IMG/VR virus record: IMGVR_UViG_3300037119_005106
Location: 1-64,000 of that record
Direction: 5' to 3' (one strand)
Source of the DNA: a virus
DNA length: 64,000 nt
Shown: positions 29,075 to 39,002 of the stretch, one piece after another
Numbering within the stretch: the stretch's first letter is position 1
How the letters are laid out: each line of letters begins with the position of its first letter
The notes under the pieces: generated by a model
Seen by the model: only the letters and a program-made list of their open reading frames with translations
The model's database searches: none
Told to the model about the DNA's origin: nothing
Made by a program: the position numbers and the translations under genes

Positions 29075-30039
29075 GGCGTTGGTGTTATTGGAATTATTAA
29101 TATAAGTTGATTCAATAATGGATTGACATTTAATGGATCCCCATCAACATCATTAAGCGTAATCGTAATACTATTTTCAACAACCGTATCTGTATCTTTT
29201 ACTATTCGAACATAATAAACAGTTTCTCCATTATCATCAAGAAAAAAGTCAATTACAAAAAGACCAGAAGTATTAATTATTCCTTCCGGATAATCTCTTT
29301 CGGTTATACCAACAATATCCAAAGGATTAATTCCTATTGTTGGATAAAGAGTAGTATCTATTCCTATTTGATATGAAGCACCTACAATACTGTTTTGTAT
29401 TTTAAATGAATAGTTAGTTGTTTCTACCAAAGTTGTTGGATCCTGTTCCGAACTTGGTCCTGAAACTAATACCAATTCAGCACCATTCAAAGAAGAAGTA
29501 TTCACTGTAATCGTATTGGTTTGTCCATGATTTCCAAGTATGCTTTCAGTATCCCAAGTGAATACAGCATAATCATCCATGTTGCCAGGATTATCAGCAA
29601 TGAATTTCAAATTATTCACAAGGTCATAATAGAATATGGTTTGGCCAACAAAAACAATATTACCATTTAAAGTCCAAGAACCTCTGCCTTCAATATTCGT
29701 TATTGTAATTCTATCATAATGCGCTTCCGGAGCAACAATATCACTAAAGAAAAAAGAATCCGTAAAATGAATATCTTGAACAATTGTTAATATCGGCGGA
29801 ACTCCTGTTTTATTGGTAGCAAAAGAAACCCGAACAGTTCCGGTATTTACAGAAACCTTACCATCTTTTGTTACTTTATATTTGAAAGAATCAAATGGTT
29901 CTCCTAGGAACGGAGTTGCATTATGAAGAACCGTTGCCGACTCTAAAGCGATATCATATTGCGTTCCAACAACAACCTCAATGCCTGATACGGTCATTAA
30001 GGTTCTAATTGGTTTTTCTGTTATCTCAAAAGTTGTCAT
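29071..30039 (-). CDS. putative structural (tail/Ig-like) protein
   Basis: T/I/V-rich beta composition, cadherin-like segments. Confidence 0.5.
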   Translation of the reverse strand: MTTFEITEKPIRTLMTVSGIEVVVGTQYDIALESATVLHNATPFLGEPFDSFKYKVTKDGKVSVNTGTVRVSFATNKTGVPPILTIVQDIHFTDSFFFSDIVAPEAHYDRITITNIEGRGSWTLNGNIVFVGQTIFYYDLVNNLKFIADNPGNMDDYAVFTWDTESILGNHGQTNTITVNTSSLNGAELVLVSGPSSEQDPTTLVETTNYSFKIQNSIVGASYQIGIDTTLYPTIGINPLDIVGITERDYPEGIINTSGLFVIDFFLDDNGETVYYVRIVKDTDTVVENSITITLNDVDGDPLNVNPLLNQLILIIPITPTP

Positions 30040-30041
30040 GA

Positions 30042-31046
30042 TTACGGTGTTTCTATTTTAGTATTTAAAGTAGAATAGGTATATACGTTTTTAGATACAT
30101 ATAATTTCGTTCTAGTAGCAGCATCATAATTTACATCAAAAGCATTAGTGATATTACTCTCAAAAGTATCTCTCAAAATATAATTAATATCTTCAGTATT
30201 TCTTATACAGAAACATATTCTACCGATAAAAGTATAAACAACATCCTCTCCATCAGCAAATATTCTCAACGGAACATTTTGTTTGGCATCTAGGTAAGTA
30301 TTATTGATCAATGGAATTACATCATTGATATCATCCGTTAAACTATTTAATTGCCAGTAAGCAAGTGATGCATCTACAATTGCAGAACCTTCACAAACTA
30401 CATCTTCATACTCCGCACAATAATCATAAGAATGAACTGTTTGATCAATCAATAATCTTCTGTCCGTATAAGATAACTGTCCAAGAGCATTCCACTGTTC
30501 TAACGTTGGGAAAGCATCATCACCGCGAGCTTCTAACAGAGCATTGATAAAACTTTGCTCATAGTTTTTATTAGCATTCATATTTCCTATTCCTAAGAAA
30601 ATCTTAGAAGAATACAATTTCCAAACAATAAAAGCAACAACAGCTTCTTCATGATTTCGGGTTACCATCGGATAACCTTGCTCATCTGTTCTTATTCCCC
30701 AATATAAAACAACGATATCTTTAGTTTGCTTTTCTTTGAATCGAATCCCCTCAGCAGTTGGTGTATATTTAAACTCCGGAACAATACAGCAATTTACTCC
30801 AACACCTTCCAATTCTATAAAATCTTCAGGGAATTTAAAAAACTTTCCAAAGTTGCAATCGCCTGTAGAACCGACAACAATATATGTTTTTTTCTTTAAC
30901 TCAACCGAACCACCATATCCTATTTCTCTCTCTCCGCGAAACATAAGTCTACGTAACTTTTCGTAAAAAGGCCTTAGATTCTCAAGACCAGTTTCATCTT
31001 TTACAGACTGAACAATTTCTTCAAAAGGTACTATTCCTGATATCAT
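30042..31046 (-). CDS. tail ring protein
   Basis: FPEDFIEL, LYWGIRTDEQGYPM motif of crAss ring proteins. Confidence 0.65.
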   Translation of the reverse strand: MISGIVPFEEIVQSVKDETGLENLRPFYEKLRRLMFRGEREIGYGGSVELKKKTYIVVGSTGDCNFGKFFKFPEDFIELEGVGVNCCIVPEFKYTPTAEGIRFKEKQTKDIVVLYWGIRTDEQGYPMVTRNHEEAVVAFIVWKLYSSKIFLGIGNMNANKNYEQSFINALLEARGDDAFPTLEQWNALGQLSYTDRRLLIDQTVHSYDYCAEYEDVVCEGSAIVDASLAYWQLNSLTDDINDVIPLINNTYLDAKQNVPLRIFADGEDVVYTFIGRICFCIRNTEDINYILRDTFESNITNAFDVNYDAATRTKLYVSKNVYTYSTLNTKIETP

Positions 31047-31555
31047 GGTATGAAGTTATTTTTATGGATTCTTTGCTCTTCGATAGCATCTTCAAAATTA
31101 ACAATTAAATTAACATCAAAATTGTTTTTATATATTTTTTCTATCTTAGGTAAAATATTAGTAGAACCAGTAAGCTTCTTTAATTTACAACAAAGGAAAA
31201 ACAATTCAGAAGGCCTTTGGTACCACATAAAACCAATAGAAGCATTCACTACTTTTTTGACTCCTTTATTCATAATAACTCTTGGACGATATTTTACTTT
31301 AGTCAAAGAACCTGTATAAAGGAAATAGGATGGTCCATCTAAAAAATATATCTCTTTAAAGTAAATATCAAAGTATTCTTTTAATATTTTTCCGTAAAGA
31401 GATATACTGACTTTTTTAGGTGTTACACCTTTCTTCTCTCCAAGCATTTTAGGAGGGTATTTATTAGGGAACATAGAGTAGAAGTAATTTAATCCAAAAA
31501 CTTCCTTAAACTTAGTTCTGTTGGTTTTGGGTTGGCTTGGCGCTGCTTTCGTCAT
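31043..31555 (-). CDS. IHF/HU-like protein of the crAss structural module
   Basis: Basic, YGKILKEYF..GSL..VK pattern; conserved crAss position among ring genes. Confidence 0.5.
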   Translation of the reverse strand: MTKAAPSQPKTNRTKFKEVFGLNYFYSMFPNKYPPKMLGEKKGVTPKKVSISLYGKILKEYFDIYFKEIYFLDGPSYFLYTGSLTKVKYRPRVIMNKGVKKVVNASIGFMWYQRPSELFFLCCKLKKLTGSTNILPKIEKIYKNNFDVNLIVNFEDAIEEQRIHKNNFIP

Positions 31556-32225
31556 TTGAATCAGTTACTTTATCTTGTCGCACATTTAAAATCACATTGT
31601 ATTCTTTGGCTAGAATTTTGGTAGTTATTTCCTCAACCAAATCCGAAGGACAAGGATATGGATCCTTAGTCCAATCATAATCCTCAGCTTCATCAGGATT
31701 ATCCAAAACACCATAAACATCAATATTTATGAACTCATTTTCATTCTCATAAATCTGATCTTCAAGTTCATCAATTATAACATTACTCTTTGGTCTTTTC
31801 TTTCCATCAACAACTTTATATTCTCCAGTGTAAATAAGGGCATTGTTGCCACTCATTTTAGCTTTGGGAAGATTACCATTCATTATGCTTTTCATTGACA
31901 AATGGAATTCTTCTGAATTTAATACCGGAATACTTTCTCCAGAAATCTCAAAGTAAAAACCTGAGCGATTGTTTAACTGAATGAATTTTGGAAGCTTTCT
32001 TTCAAACTTTCTATTACTCAATTTAACAAATGGAAGAGAACCTAAGAACTGAAAACATTCATCACTAATTATTTGCCCGGACATAGAATACTTTCCAATA
32101 GCAGCAGCTCTATACTTTTGCAAGAAAGCACGAATAACTCTTTCATCTATTTTAGAATCATCAGTTAGGTTTCCTTTCTGAACCGTTTCAATAATCGAAT
32201 AAACTATTTTTTCTTCAGTTTCCAT
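31512..32225 (-). CDS. tail ring protein
   Basis: DDSKIDER..RA, GVLDNP, YPCP motifs. Confidence 0.65.
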   Translation of the reverse strand: METEEKIVYSIIETVQKGNLTDDSKIDERVIRAFLQKYRAAAIGKYSMSGQIISDECFQFLGSLPFVKLSNRKFERKLPKFIQLNNRSGFYFEISGESIPVLNSEEFHLSMKSIMNGNLPKAKMSGNNALIYTGEYKVVDGKKRPKSNVIIDELEDQIYENENEFINIDVYGVLDNPDEAEDYDWTKDPYPCPSDLVEEITTKILAKEYNVILNVRQDKVTDSNDESSAKPTQNQQN

Positions 32226-32872
32226 TATTTGTTTCTATAAGTTTGATTAAGTTTAAAATCTGCCATTGCGCTAGGTTCACCAGTTTTCTGTCTTAAAGAA
32301 TTGGCTGTTTCTGCAAACAAGTATTCGCAAACCGCATCTGGAAGATTTACTATTGGATTGGTAGATACCGAGCCAAAGGTAGGTTGCTTTACGTATATCA
32401 GGATAAGCTTTGATGGTTGTACTGTAGAATTTAAAGCAAGTCCTGTATGCACATTAAAATAATTAGAGAACTGTTGAATCAATGGATACATTCTCTCAGG
32501 TTTTTTAAATGGACTCGTCATATTGGTATTATGCTCCCCATGACGTTCTATTGTTGGTTTTCTAGCCTTTATACCATCATTATACAAAACGTTTATTGTG
32601 AGCTTTGTGTGATAGTCATTCGGCAAGGTAGCCATCTTCTCAACAGCACTATCAGGATTATTTACAAACGGAATAAGAACCGAAGCCAAGAGAGGTCTAA
32701 TATCATCAGTTATCTCTTGATTCAATTCAGCTTCTTTAGCACGCGCTCCTACGAAACTTAACGTTTCTTTCTTGAAAGCTTTAAGAACTTGAGGAAGGGT
32801 AAAGTAGTCTGAACCTAATTTATCCGCTTCCTCTAGTACTCTATTATAGCCCTCCGTTACGGTATATGGCAT
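32225..32872 (-). CDS. tail ring/adaptor protein
   Basis: DDIRPL, LPNDY, PFKKP, YVKQP, LPD motifs. Confidence 0.65.
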   Translation of the reverse strand: MPYTVTEGYNRVLEEADKLGSDYFTLPQVLKAFKKETLSFVGARAKEAELNQEITDDIRPLLASVLIPFVNNPDSAVEKMATLPNDYHTKLTINVLYNDGIKARKPTIERHGEHNTNMTSPFKKPERMYPLIQQFSNYFNVHTGLALNSTVQPSKLILIYVKQPTFGSVSTNPIVNLPDAVCEYLFAETANSLRQKTGEPSAMADFKLNQTYRNK

Positions 32873-32881
32873 AATGATTTT

Positions 32882-33769
32882 TTATTTAAAAGTGAATCCG
32901 TCAGCTTTTAGCCTTGGATATAATTCACCTACCATTTCGGTGTAAATCTCCAAGTTAGTTTTCAACCAATTGATTACACTATCTTCATTACTTCCGATAG
33001 GTACATTGTTGAATTTATAAATACCATTGGCTTCACGAATGATATCATAACGCAACATTTCTTTGAACTCATAAGAGTATTTCAAGTTGTCGATATCATC
33101 GAATACTTTGCCAATAAGAGAAGCATTTAACTCGCCACCAGCACTTGTACCTCTAGCAAAGTTTTTAATCTTCTGACGAAGTAATTTCTTCTCAGTGGTT
33201 TTGTTCTTAATCCAACGAATGTCAAAATATGGCAAATTGAAGTGAGCTAATAAATATCTCAATCTTTCCAATGATACGCCAGTTTTTGGATTATCATCTG
33301 ACAACTTACCAATGATAACATCGATAGTATCTTGATTATCGATTTCAGACAACTCTTGTCTATCAACATTCTTCAATGTGATAGTTGGATTAGACATTTT
33401 TTTAATCTTCACAAGGTCGGTTAATTCAATTCCTTGAACACCTACTTCTGGATGAGCAATCAACCAATCAACAATTCTTCTATCCATTGGATTAGAATCA
33501 GGCTGTAATCTCATTGTAGGCTTGTCAATCATATAACCAAGAGTTTCTTGATTATCTAAATCGATAAGCGGAACACGAGTACCTGTCCATGGATGAATAT
33601 AAGTTGTTAATCTTCTACCACCAAATGCTTTTGTTCCTTGAGAGTTTGATAACTCAATCTTCAATTCCCAAACACCTTGCATTTTTTTAGGATCAAGAAC
33701 GACAGCTTTTAAATACTTATCTCTTCCTGATTCTACTTTCTCTTCTTTTAATTCTAACTCGTTTCCCAT
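32882..33769 (-). CDS. conserved crAss-like protein downstream of MCP
   Basis: Synteny; C-terminal IG.NEDSVINWLK pattern. Confidence 0.55.
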   Translation of the reverse strand: MGNELELKEEKVESGRDKYLKAVVLDPKKMQGVWELKIELSNSQGTKAFGGRRLTTYIHPWTGTRVPLIDLDNQETLGYMIDKPTMRLQPDSNPMDRRIVDWLIAHPEVGVQGIELTDLVKIKKMSNPTITLKNVDRQELSEIDNQDTIDVIIGKLSDDNPKTGVSLERLRYLLAHFNLPYFDIRWIKNKTTEKKLLRQKIKNFARGTSAGGELNASLIGKVFDDIDNLKYSYEFKEMLRYDIIREANGIYKFNNVPIGSNEDSVINWLKTNLEIYTEMVGELYPRLKADGFTFK

Positions 33770-33790
33770 TTTATTTGTTTTTTAATTTAT

Positions 33791-33826
33791 AAAAAGTGCG
33801 AGAAACTTAATGAATCTCGCACTTTT
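33791..33826 (-). terminator. intrinsic terminator after MCP
   Basis: aaaagtgcgaga/tctcgcactttt inverted repeat. Confidence 0.75.
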
Positions 33827-33836
33827 AAATTTAATA

Positions 33837-35519
33837 CTAATACAAGAATTTCGCTGCTTGATGCGTTCCTTGAGTAATAGCGTTGCCAGACAATGCTCCA
33901 CCGTTGTATTTGGTAGTCGCTTTGATAATAGCACAACTTCTTACATCATAAAGAATTGGCAACAACTCAGACAATGTATGTACTGAACATCCATCGAATC
34001 CTGATGATGCAACATCGCCAGCTGATTCTTGGAATGATTCCATACCATTTTCATACTTACGTTTCAACTCTCTTCCTGAACGAGCAAATAACTCAAAGTT
34101 AGATACACCATCAACAGAAGAACAGTTTAACACGTAGATATTACCTGTTCCAGTAACACCACCACTTGTATTGAACAAACCTGGATTGTTGTTCAACTCA
34201 TCTTCAAGGATAACAAATTTGTTTCCAAGATAGTTGTAAGTAGTGATTTCAAATCCAATTTCATTTTCTTTACCTGTAGAGATATCGACAATGTTTGAAT
34301 TCATAGTTCCTGCAGCAGAGTTTGCAGCATGGTTACCAAAACCAATCAATTTCTTGAAAGCTGCATCGATTACAGAACGTCCAATAGTATCTGTAACACC
34401 TACGAAAGTGTTTCCAGAAGAACCTACAGGAGAACGTTGTCCAAGAATCATCATTAATGACTCTAAAGCCAAATAAGATAATCCAGCATTTGGATCATAA
34501 TCAATAGTCAAGTTTTCTTGAATTTGTGGAATCCAACCATCACCCAACATCGGAGCAGTTAAACCTGACTCTGCTTTAAACCCTGTAAGAGTTAATTTGT
34601 TGGTACCATAGTTTTCAAACCATGAGTGGTCAGTAGCATCCATAGAAATACGAGAATATCTCAATGCAAGTTCGTTTTGCATGTGAAAGATTCTATCGTT
34701 TTTCAAGATTTCATCATACTCCCATAACTTACCATCTGTTTCTGGATTACTAATCCAAGCAATTTTCTGTTTCTTAGCAGAACCAGTCATTGTAACAGTA
34801 GAACGGTGAATTGAAGAATAGTTGATTCTCCATTTGTTACGGTTGTAACGTTGCCATCCTCTAAGAGAACCTTCCCCGAAGTAGTTACCACCTTCTGTCA
34901 TAACTTCTCCAGCAGCCAAATACTCGACTTTGAATAAGTTAGCAGTACCAACAAACTTACCATCAAGAACGTAGTGGCTTCCGTCAACTGAACGTCTTGG
35001 GTGTTGTTGAATGATAAACAAAGAACCCATACCTTGACCTAAAATGATAGAGTCGTTAGGATTGAATTTGTCTCCGTAGATTTCATTGTCCGGATCGTGC
35101 TCAATAGAGATACTTCCAGGAACATCGGTAATTACGGTTGCAGCAGTAATACCATTGGTAAAAGTAACTGTAACTACAGCACCCATATCCGGTTGGCTAT
35201 TACCAGCATCAAACCATGAACCGATTTGCGCTCCACCTTTCGCATACGCAGGAAGCAATAAAGCTCCTTCATACTGAATACGGTAAGCGTTGTCCATTAA
35301 CGTATCTTTAGCAGCGCTCATAACCTTTCCAGATTTTGCACCACCATTAACACGCCCTGAAGCAAACATAAACGAAGTAAACTTCGTATAACGAGCAAAC
35401 AAATCCATAGACTTTCTACGAACTTCAAAGTGTTTGTTCATCTTAGAAGTCAACGAATTGGCTTCTGTGTGGATTTGAGGGTTGAAATTCTCTTTCGTTC
35501 CTCTAATTAAAATTGACAT
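33837..35519 (-). CDS. major capsid protein
   Basis: 560 aa, biased codon use, MTGSA, GDGWIPQI, GFEITTY, ASSGFDG motifs; portal-scaffold-MCP synteny; terminator. Confidence 0.85.
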   Translation of the reverse strand: MSILIRGTKENFNPQIHTEANSLTSKMNKHFEVRRKSMDLFARYTKFTSFMFASGRVNGGAKSGKVMSAAKDTLMDNAYRIQYEGALLLPAYAKGGAQIGSWFDAGNSQPDMGAVVTVTFTNGITAATVITDVPGSISIEHDPDNEIYGDKFNPNDSIILGQGMGSLFIIQQHPRRSVDGSHYVLDGKFVGTANLFKVEYLAAGEVMTEGGNYFGEGSLRGWQRYNRNKWRINYSSIHRSTVTMTGSAKKQKIAWISNPETDGKLWEYDEILKNDRIFHMQNELALRYSRISMDATDHSWFENYGTNKLTLTGFKAESGLTAPMLGDGWIPQIQENLTIDYDPNAGLSYLALESLMMILGQRSPVGSSGNTFVGVTDTIGRSVIDAAFKKLIGFGNHAANSAAGTMNSNIVDISTGKENEIGFEITTYNYLGNKFVILEDELNNNPGLFNTSGGVTGTGNIYVLNCSSVDGVSNFELFARSGRELKRKYENGMESFQESAGDVASSGFDGCSVHTLSELLPILYDVRSCAIIKATTKYNGGALSGNAITQGTHQAAKFLY

Positions 35520-35638
35520 AATTTCTCTTGTTTTAAGATTTTTAAAAAATAAATTATTGTACTCAAAACATTGTTGGTTTTTACCGTTGGCTAAAACCTT
35601 CTATGCATAAAAATAACTTCTCTCAATTAGTCCTTGAC

Positions 35639-36670
35639 CTATCTCAAGAAGTTGTTTAAATTATCGTCGGCGCTACCTGATGATGCTGAGCCATTGGCTT
35701 GTGTGACACTTCTACGTCGCTTTTCACCATTACCGGCTAAAGTTTGGAACGCACTTTTAGTGTTGTCACTGTGAGTTGGTCGATTGGCTGTTTTTGAAAT
35801 TTCTTTTTCTAATTCAGCGAATAATGCCAACTTGGCAATCATTTCCTGGCTGTTGTTAACACTCTCGAAAAATTTATTTGTTCTAACGCTTTGATACGCT
35901 TTTTGTATAATTTCTTTGGTAACCGTAACACCCATGAATTCTTGTTGGGTGAATATTTCTGCAAAAGCATCCTGAAGGTCACTTGTATTCTTTTTAGAAA
36001 TAGCATTTTGAGTTTCTATTCTTTTGTTGTCAATCTTATCAATAGAAGATTGTGCTTTCTCTTTGTTTGAATTAAGATTCGCTCTTAGAGTATTTGCATA
36101 ACCATCCAATTGGTTAAGGTCAATCATTCCCTGAAGTTTTTCTTCAATCTCATCCAATACATCCGTATCAGTGATATCTCTTTTCTCGCCTTTAGCTTCC
36201 GAAATTAGTTGCTCTCTGATTAATTCCTCATTAGACAACTGAATGTAACGGTCATACAATCCAACTTTATTGGTAAGTGCTTTGTATTCGTTTTCTTCTT
36301 TCTGAAGATCTGATTCTTCTTCTTGAGATTTAAGACTGTTTTTTAAATCATCAACTGTTTTGAAGTTGGTACCTAACTTTTTGTTAAGAACGGTAAGTTC
36401 TTCTTCTTTGAATTCGGCATCATCTTCTTCTTCGTTTTCATCATCATCTTCCTCATCCGGAAACATTTTATCTTCTTCTTCCTCTTCCTCGTATTCTTCT
36501 TCTTCAAATTCTTCTTCAAAACTTTGAAAAGGTTTGTCGATATTTAAAAGTTCATCTTCATCATCATCGTGATCATCAAGACCATCTTGTAATGTTTGAA
36601 ATAAGTTGTCCTCAGTATGCAAAGCATCAGAACCTCTATTTTCTTCGAAATCTTCTTCTTCTCTTGCCAT
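35639..36670 (-). CDS. acidic scaffold-like protein
   Basis: D/E-rich N-terminus, between portal and MCP; -7 box caaatgta 36702-36709. Confidence 0.65.
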   Translation of the reverse strand: MAREEEDFEENRGSDALHTEDNLFQTLQDGLDDHDDDEDELLNIDKPFQSFEEEFEEEEYEEEEEEDKMFPDEEDDDENEEEDDAEFKEEELTVLNKKLGTNFKTVDDLKNSLKSQEEESDLQKEENEYKALTNKVGLYDRYIQLSNEELIREQLISEAKGEKRDITDTDVLDEIEEKLQGMIDLNQLDGYANTLRANLNSNKEKAQSSIDKIDNKRIETQNAISKKNTSDLQDAFAEIFTQQEFMGVTVTKEIIQKAYQSVRTNKFFESVNNSQEMIAKLALFAELEKEISKTANRPTHSDNTKSAFQTLAGNGEKRRRSVTQANGSASSGSADDNLNNFLR

Positions 36671-36713
36671 GATATTTTTCCTTTTTAATTATTTATTTTA
36701 ACAAATGTAAAAA

Positions 36714-38969
36714 TTATTTTGATGTTTCAGACCTTTTCTGCTCAGCCAATAGCAAATCTTTTTCTATATCAGCTAGTTTGACTTTTTCAGAAGAAGCATT
36801 TTTATTCATTTCACGTACCGCCTGGCCATTAGTTTGAATAGTAGCAACATCAATATTGTTTTTGAATTCTTCACGTTTCAAGTCAGCTTTATCACTCTCA
36901 ATTTTGGCAGTAGCTTCTTGTGCTGATTTTTGAGCATCAGCAGCAGCTTGAGCTTCTTGTGCTTTTAATTTTTCCAAAGCTTTTACCGCACGCTTGAATA
37001 TTGCTTCACTCTCACCAGCAGTATCAGCATTTAATGTTTCAATCAATGACAATATTAAATCCGGAGTAGCCGCATTTGATAAAGCTTGAGTAGCAGCTTG
37101 GTCGATAACTGATTTTTTCTTTTGCTCAGCAAAGTTATCAGCGATATACACACCAACATCCTCTTGGAAGTATTCCGGATATACTTTGAAAAATGAAGTT
37201 TTTAAATCTCCAAAAATATATTGGGTAACTTCTCCTTCTTCGTAAACATGCTTTCCTTTCATCAATACCTTATCCAAAAGGTATTTTATAAACGATTCAA
37301 AAGGTTTTACATAAATCTCTGTTCTCGCTGTCGATTGGCTTACAGCACGCTCTGTTCCTGTAGCACTTTCATACTGGTCAATATTACCTTCACGCTGTGG
37401 AGATAAACCTAAAAACTTACCCGCCAATTCTTCAATAAGTCCAAGCATATTGAATATGTCTTGCATCAATCCTTTGGTAGATAAATCTAATGATGTAAAC
37501 TGATTGAAATTATAACGGGATTGTTTATCGGCTGAATTAATAATCAAGAACTGATCCTTTTTGGCGTGATGCATTACTCTATTAATTGCATTACTATATC
37601 CACCTGATTTCAAGAACTGCTTCGGAACTTGTGCAGCATCATATACCAACACTCGGCCATTATTTCTACGCATGGCTAAACGTAGTTCAAAAAGACACTC
37701 CGAAGCAAAGTCTTGTAACTGTAATAATTTATATGCTGCAGAGCGCATTTGCATATTACTTAAATTATTGTTTCTTCTGATTGCTGCAACAAAGATAGAA
37801 TCTTCTTTAGGATTATCAATACGGGAAGCTCTTTCATTATCTACTCCCCATTCCAAAACTAGATTAGGACCACACATTAGACAATGGCGTTTTTCTTGAA
37901 CCCATATAGATTTTACATCATCCCCTTTTCTAGCCTTATAGCCATCTGGAATACTTTTGTATATTTCTTTTCCGGTTTTCTTATTGATAGAAACTTTTAC
38001 AGATACTCTTTTTTGAGATATCCATACCATTTCAACACAACGAATACGAAGATTGTTTTTATCTCCCTGAATCCAATTGGAGTAATTGGTATCTAAACCA
38101 CCCATTCCCATACCACCAAGATAATCTTCATCCATCATAGAAGAACCGATAGGATTTACTTGCATATAGCTTTGAAGCGTTTGAGTTTCTTCATCGGTAA
38201 GTTCGTATGTATTGATTATCTCATTGTAACCAAGAACTTTGTTGAAGATAAGATATTGTGGATTGTCTTGTATTTCAGAATCCGGATTAAAATCCATTTC
38301 CGTTTCAAAAATATTCAGTTTTCTAATATTCGGACTTCCATCCTTTTCATCAATATAACCAATACACTCATCATACAAAAGGAAGTCAAGGTATAAGTCT
38401 TTGATTTTGTCAATATTCTTTTTACTGATAAGAACTTGATTTAGTATGGTATCAGAAACCTGCTCTGAAATTGTTTTGTAACCTTGCTCAAAGAATTCTT
38501 CGATATTTGGTGGAAGTTCTTTATCTGGAGAAGCAGTTTCGGGAGTAAACCCTAATTGTGGTTCCAATTGCTTATTGACTTCACGAAGTAGTTCTTCGGA
38601 AACCATATCAAACAATTCATTTAACTTAGCTGTCTGAGCCTTTTTATTTATAACATAGGTTTTGCGCTTAATACCACGAGTCATAAACTCACCCACCATT
38701 TGCTCCAACTTACTTTCTACAAGAGGATAGTCAATCCATTCCATTCCCAAACTCATAGCGTATGGATGTGTGACTGGCATGGTATTTCTATTATGCTCTT
38801 CACTTTGCTGACAGCTATAAGCTCTCCAACATTTTAACTGCATAGCCTTTCTTTCGGAAAGAGTTCTAGAAGAATCAAAATTTACAAAATTCACAACATG
38901 TGCTTTGTGCCACTCCTTGTCTTTCTCTTTTTCTGAAATCTTCTGATTGGTAAGAATGTATGAGTTCAT
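36714..38969 (-). CDS. portal protein
   Basis: QKISEKEKDKEW start, FNQFTSLDLS, GLSPQREG, ATGTERAV motifs of crAss portals. Confidence 0.9.
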   Translation of the reverse strand: MNSYILTNQKISEKEKDKEWHKAHVVNFVNFDSSRTLSERKAMQLKCWRAYSCQQSEEHNRNTMPVTHPYAMSLGMEWIDYPLVESKLEQMVGEFMTRGIKRKTYVINKKAQTAKLNELFDMVSEELLREVNKQLEPQLGFTPETASPDKELPPNIEEFFEQGYKTISEQVSDTILNQVLISKKNIDKIKDLYLDFLLYDECIGYIDEKDGSPNIRKLNIFETEMDFNPDSEIQDNPQYLIFNKVLGYNEIINTYELTDEETQTLQSYMQVNPIGSSMMDEDYLGGMGMGGLDTNYSNWIQGDKNNLRIRCVEMVWISQKRVSVKVSINKKTGKEIYKSIPDGYKARKGDDVKSIWVQEKRHCLMCGPNLVLEWGVDNERASRIDNPKEDSIFVAAIRRNNNLSNMQMRSAAYKLLQLQDFASECLFELRLAMRRNNGRVLVYDAAQVPKQFLKSGGYSNAINRVMHHAKKDQFLIINSADKQSRYNFNQFTSLDLSTKGLMQDIFNMLGLIEELAGKFLGLSPQREGNIDQYESATGTERAVSQSTARTEIYVKPFESFIKYLLDKVLMKGKHVYEEGEVTQYIFGDLKTSFFKVYPEYFQEDVGVYIADNFAEQKKKSVIDQAATQALSNAATPDLILSLIETLNADTAGESEAIFKRAVKALEKLKAQEAQAAADAQKSAQEATAKIESDKADLKREEFKNNIDVATIQTNGQAVREMNKNASSEKVKLADIEKDLLLAEQKRSETSK

Positions 38970-39002
38970 TGGATATTATTTTTATGTAAAATTATTACTT
39001 TT

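Noticed and set aside
36400-36670. Triplet-like tct/tca repeats
   Set aside because: Explained by the Asp/Glu-rich coding sequence of the scaffold protein
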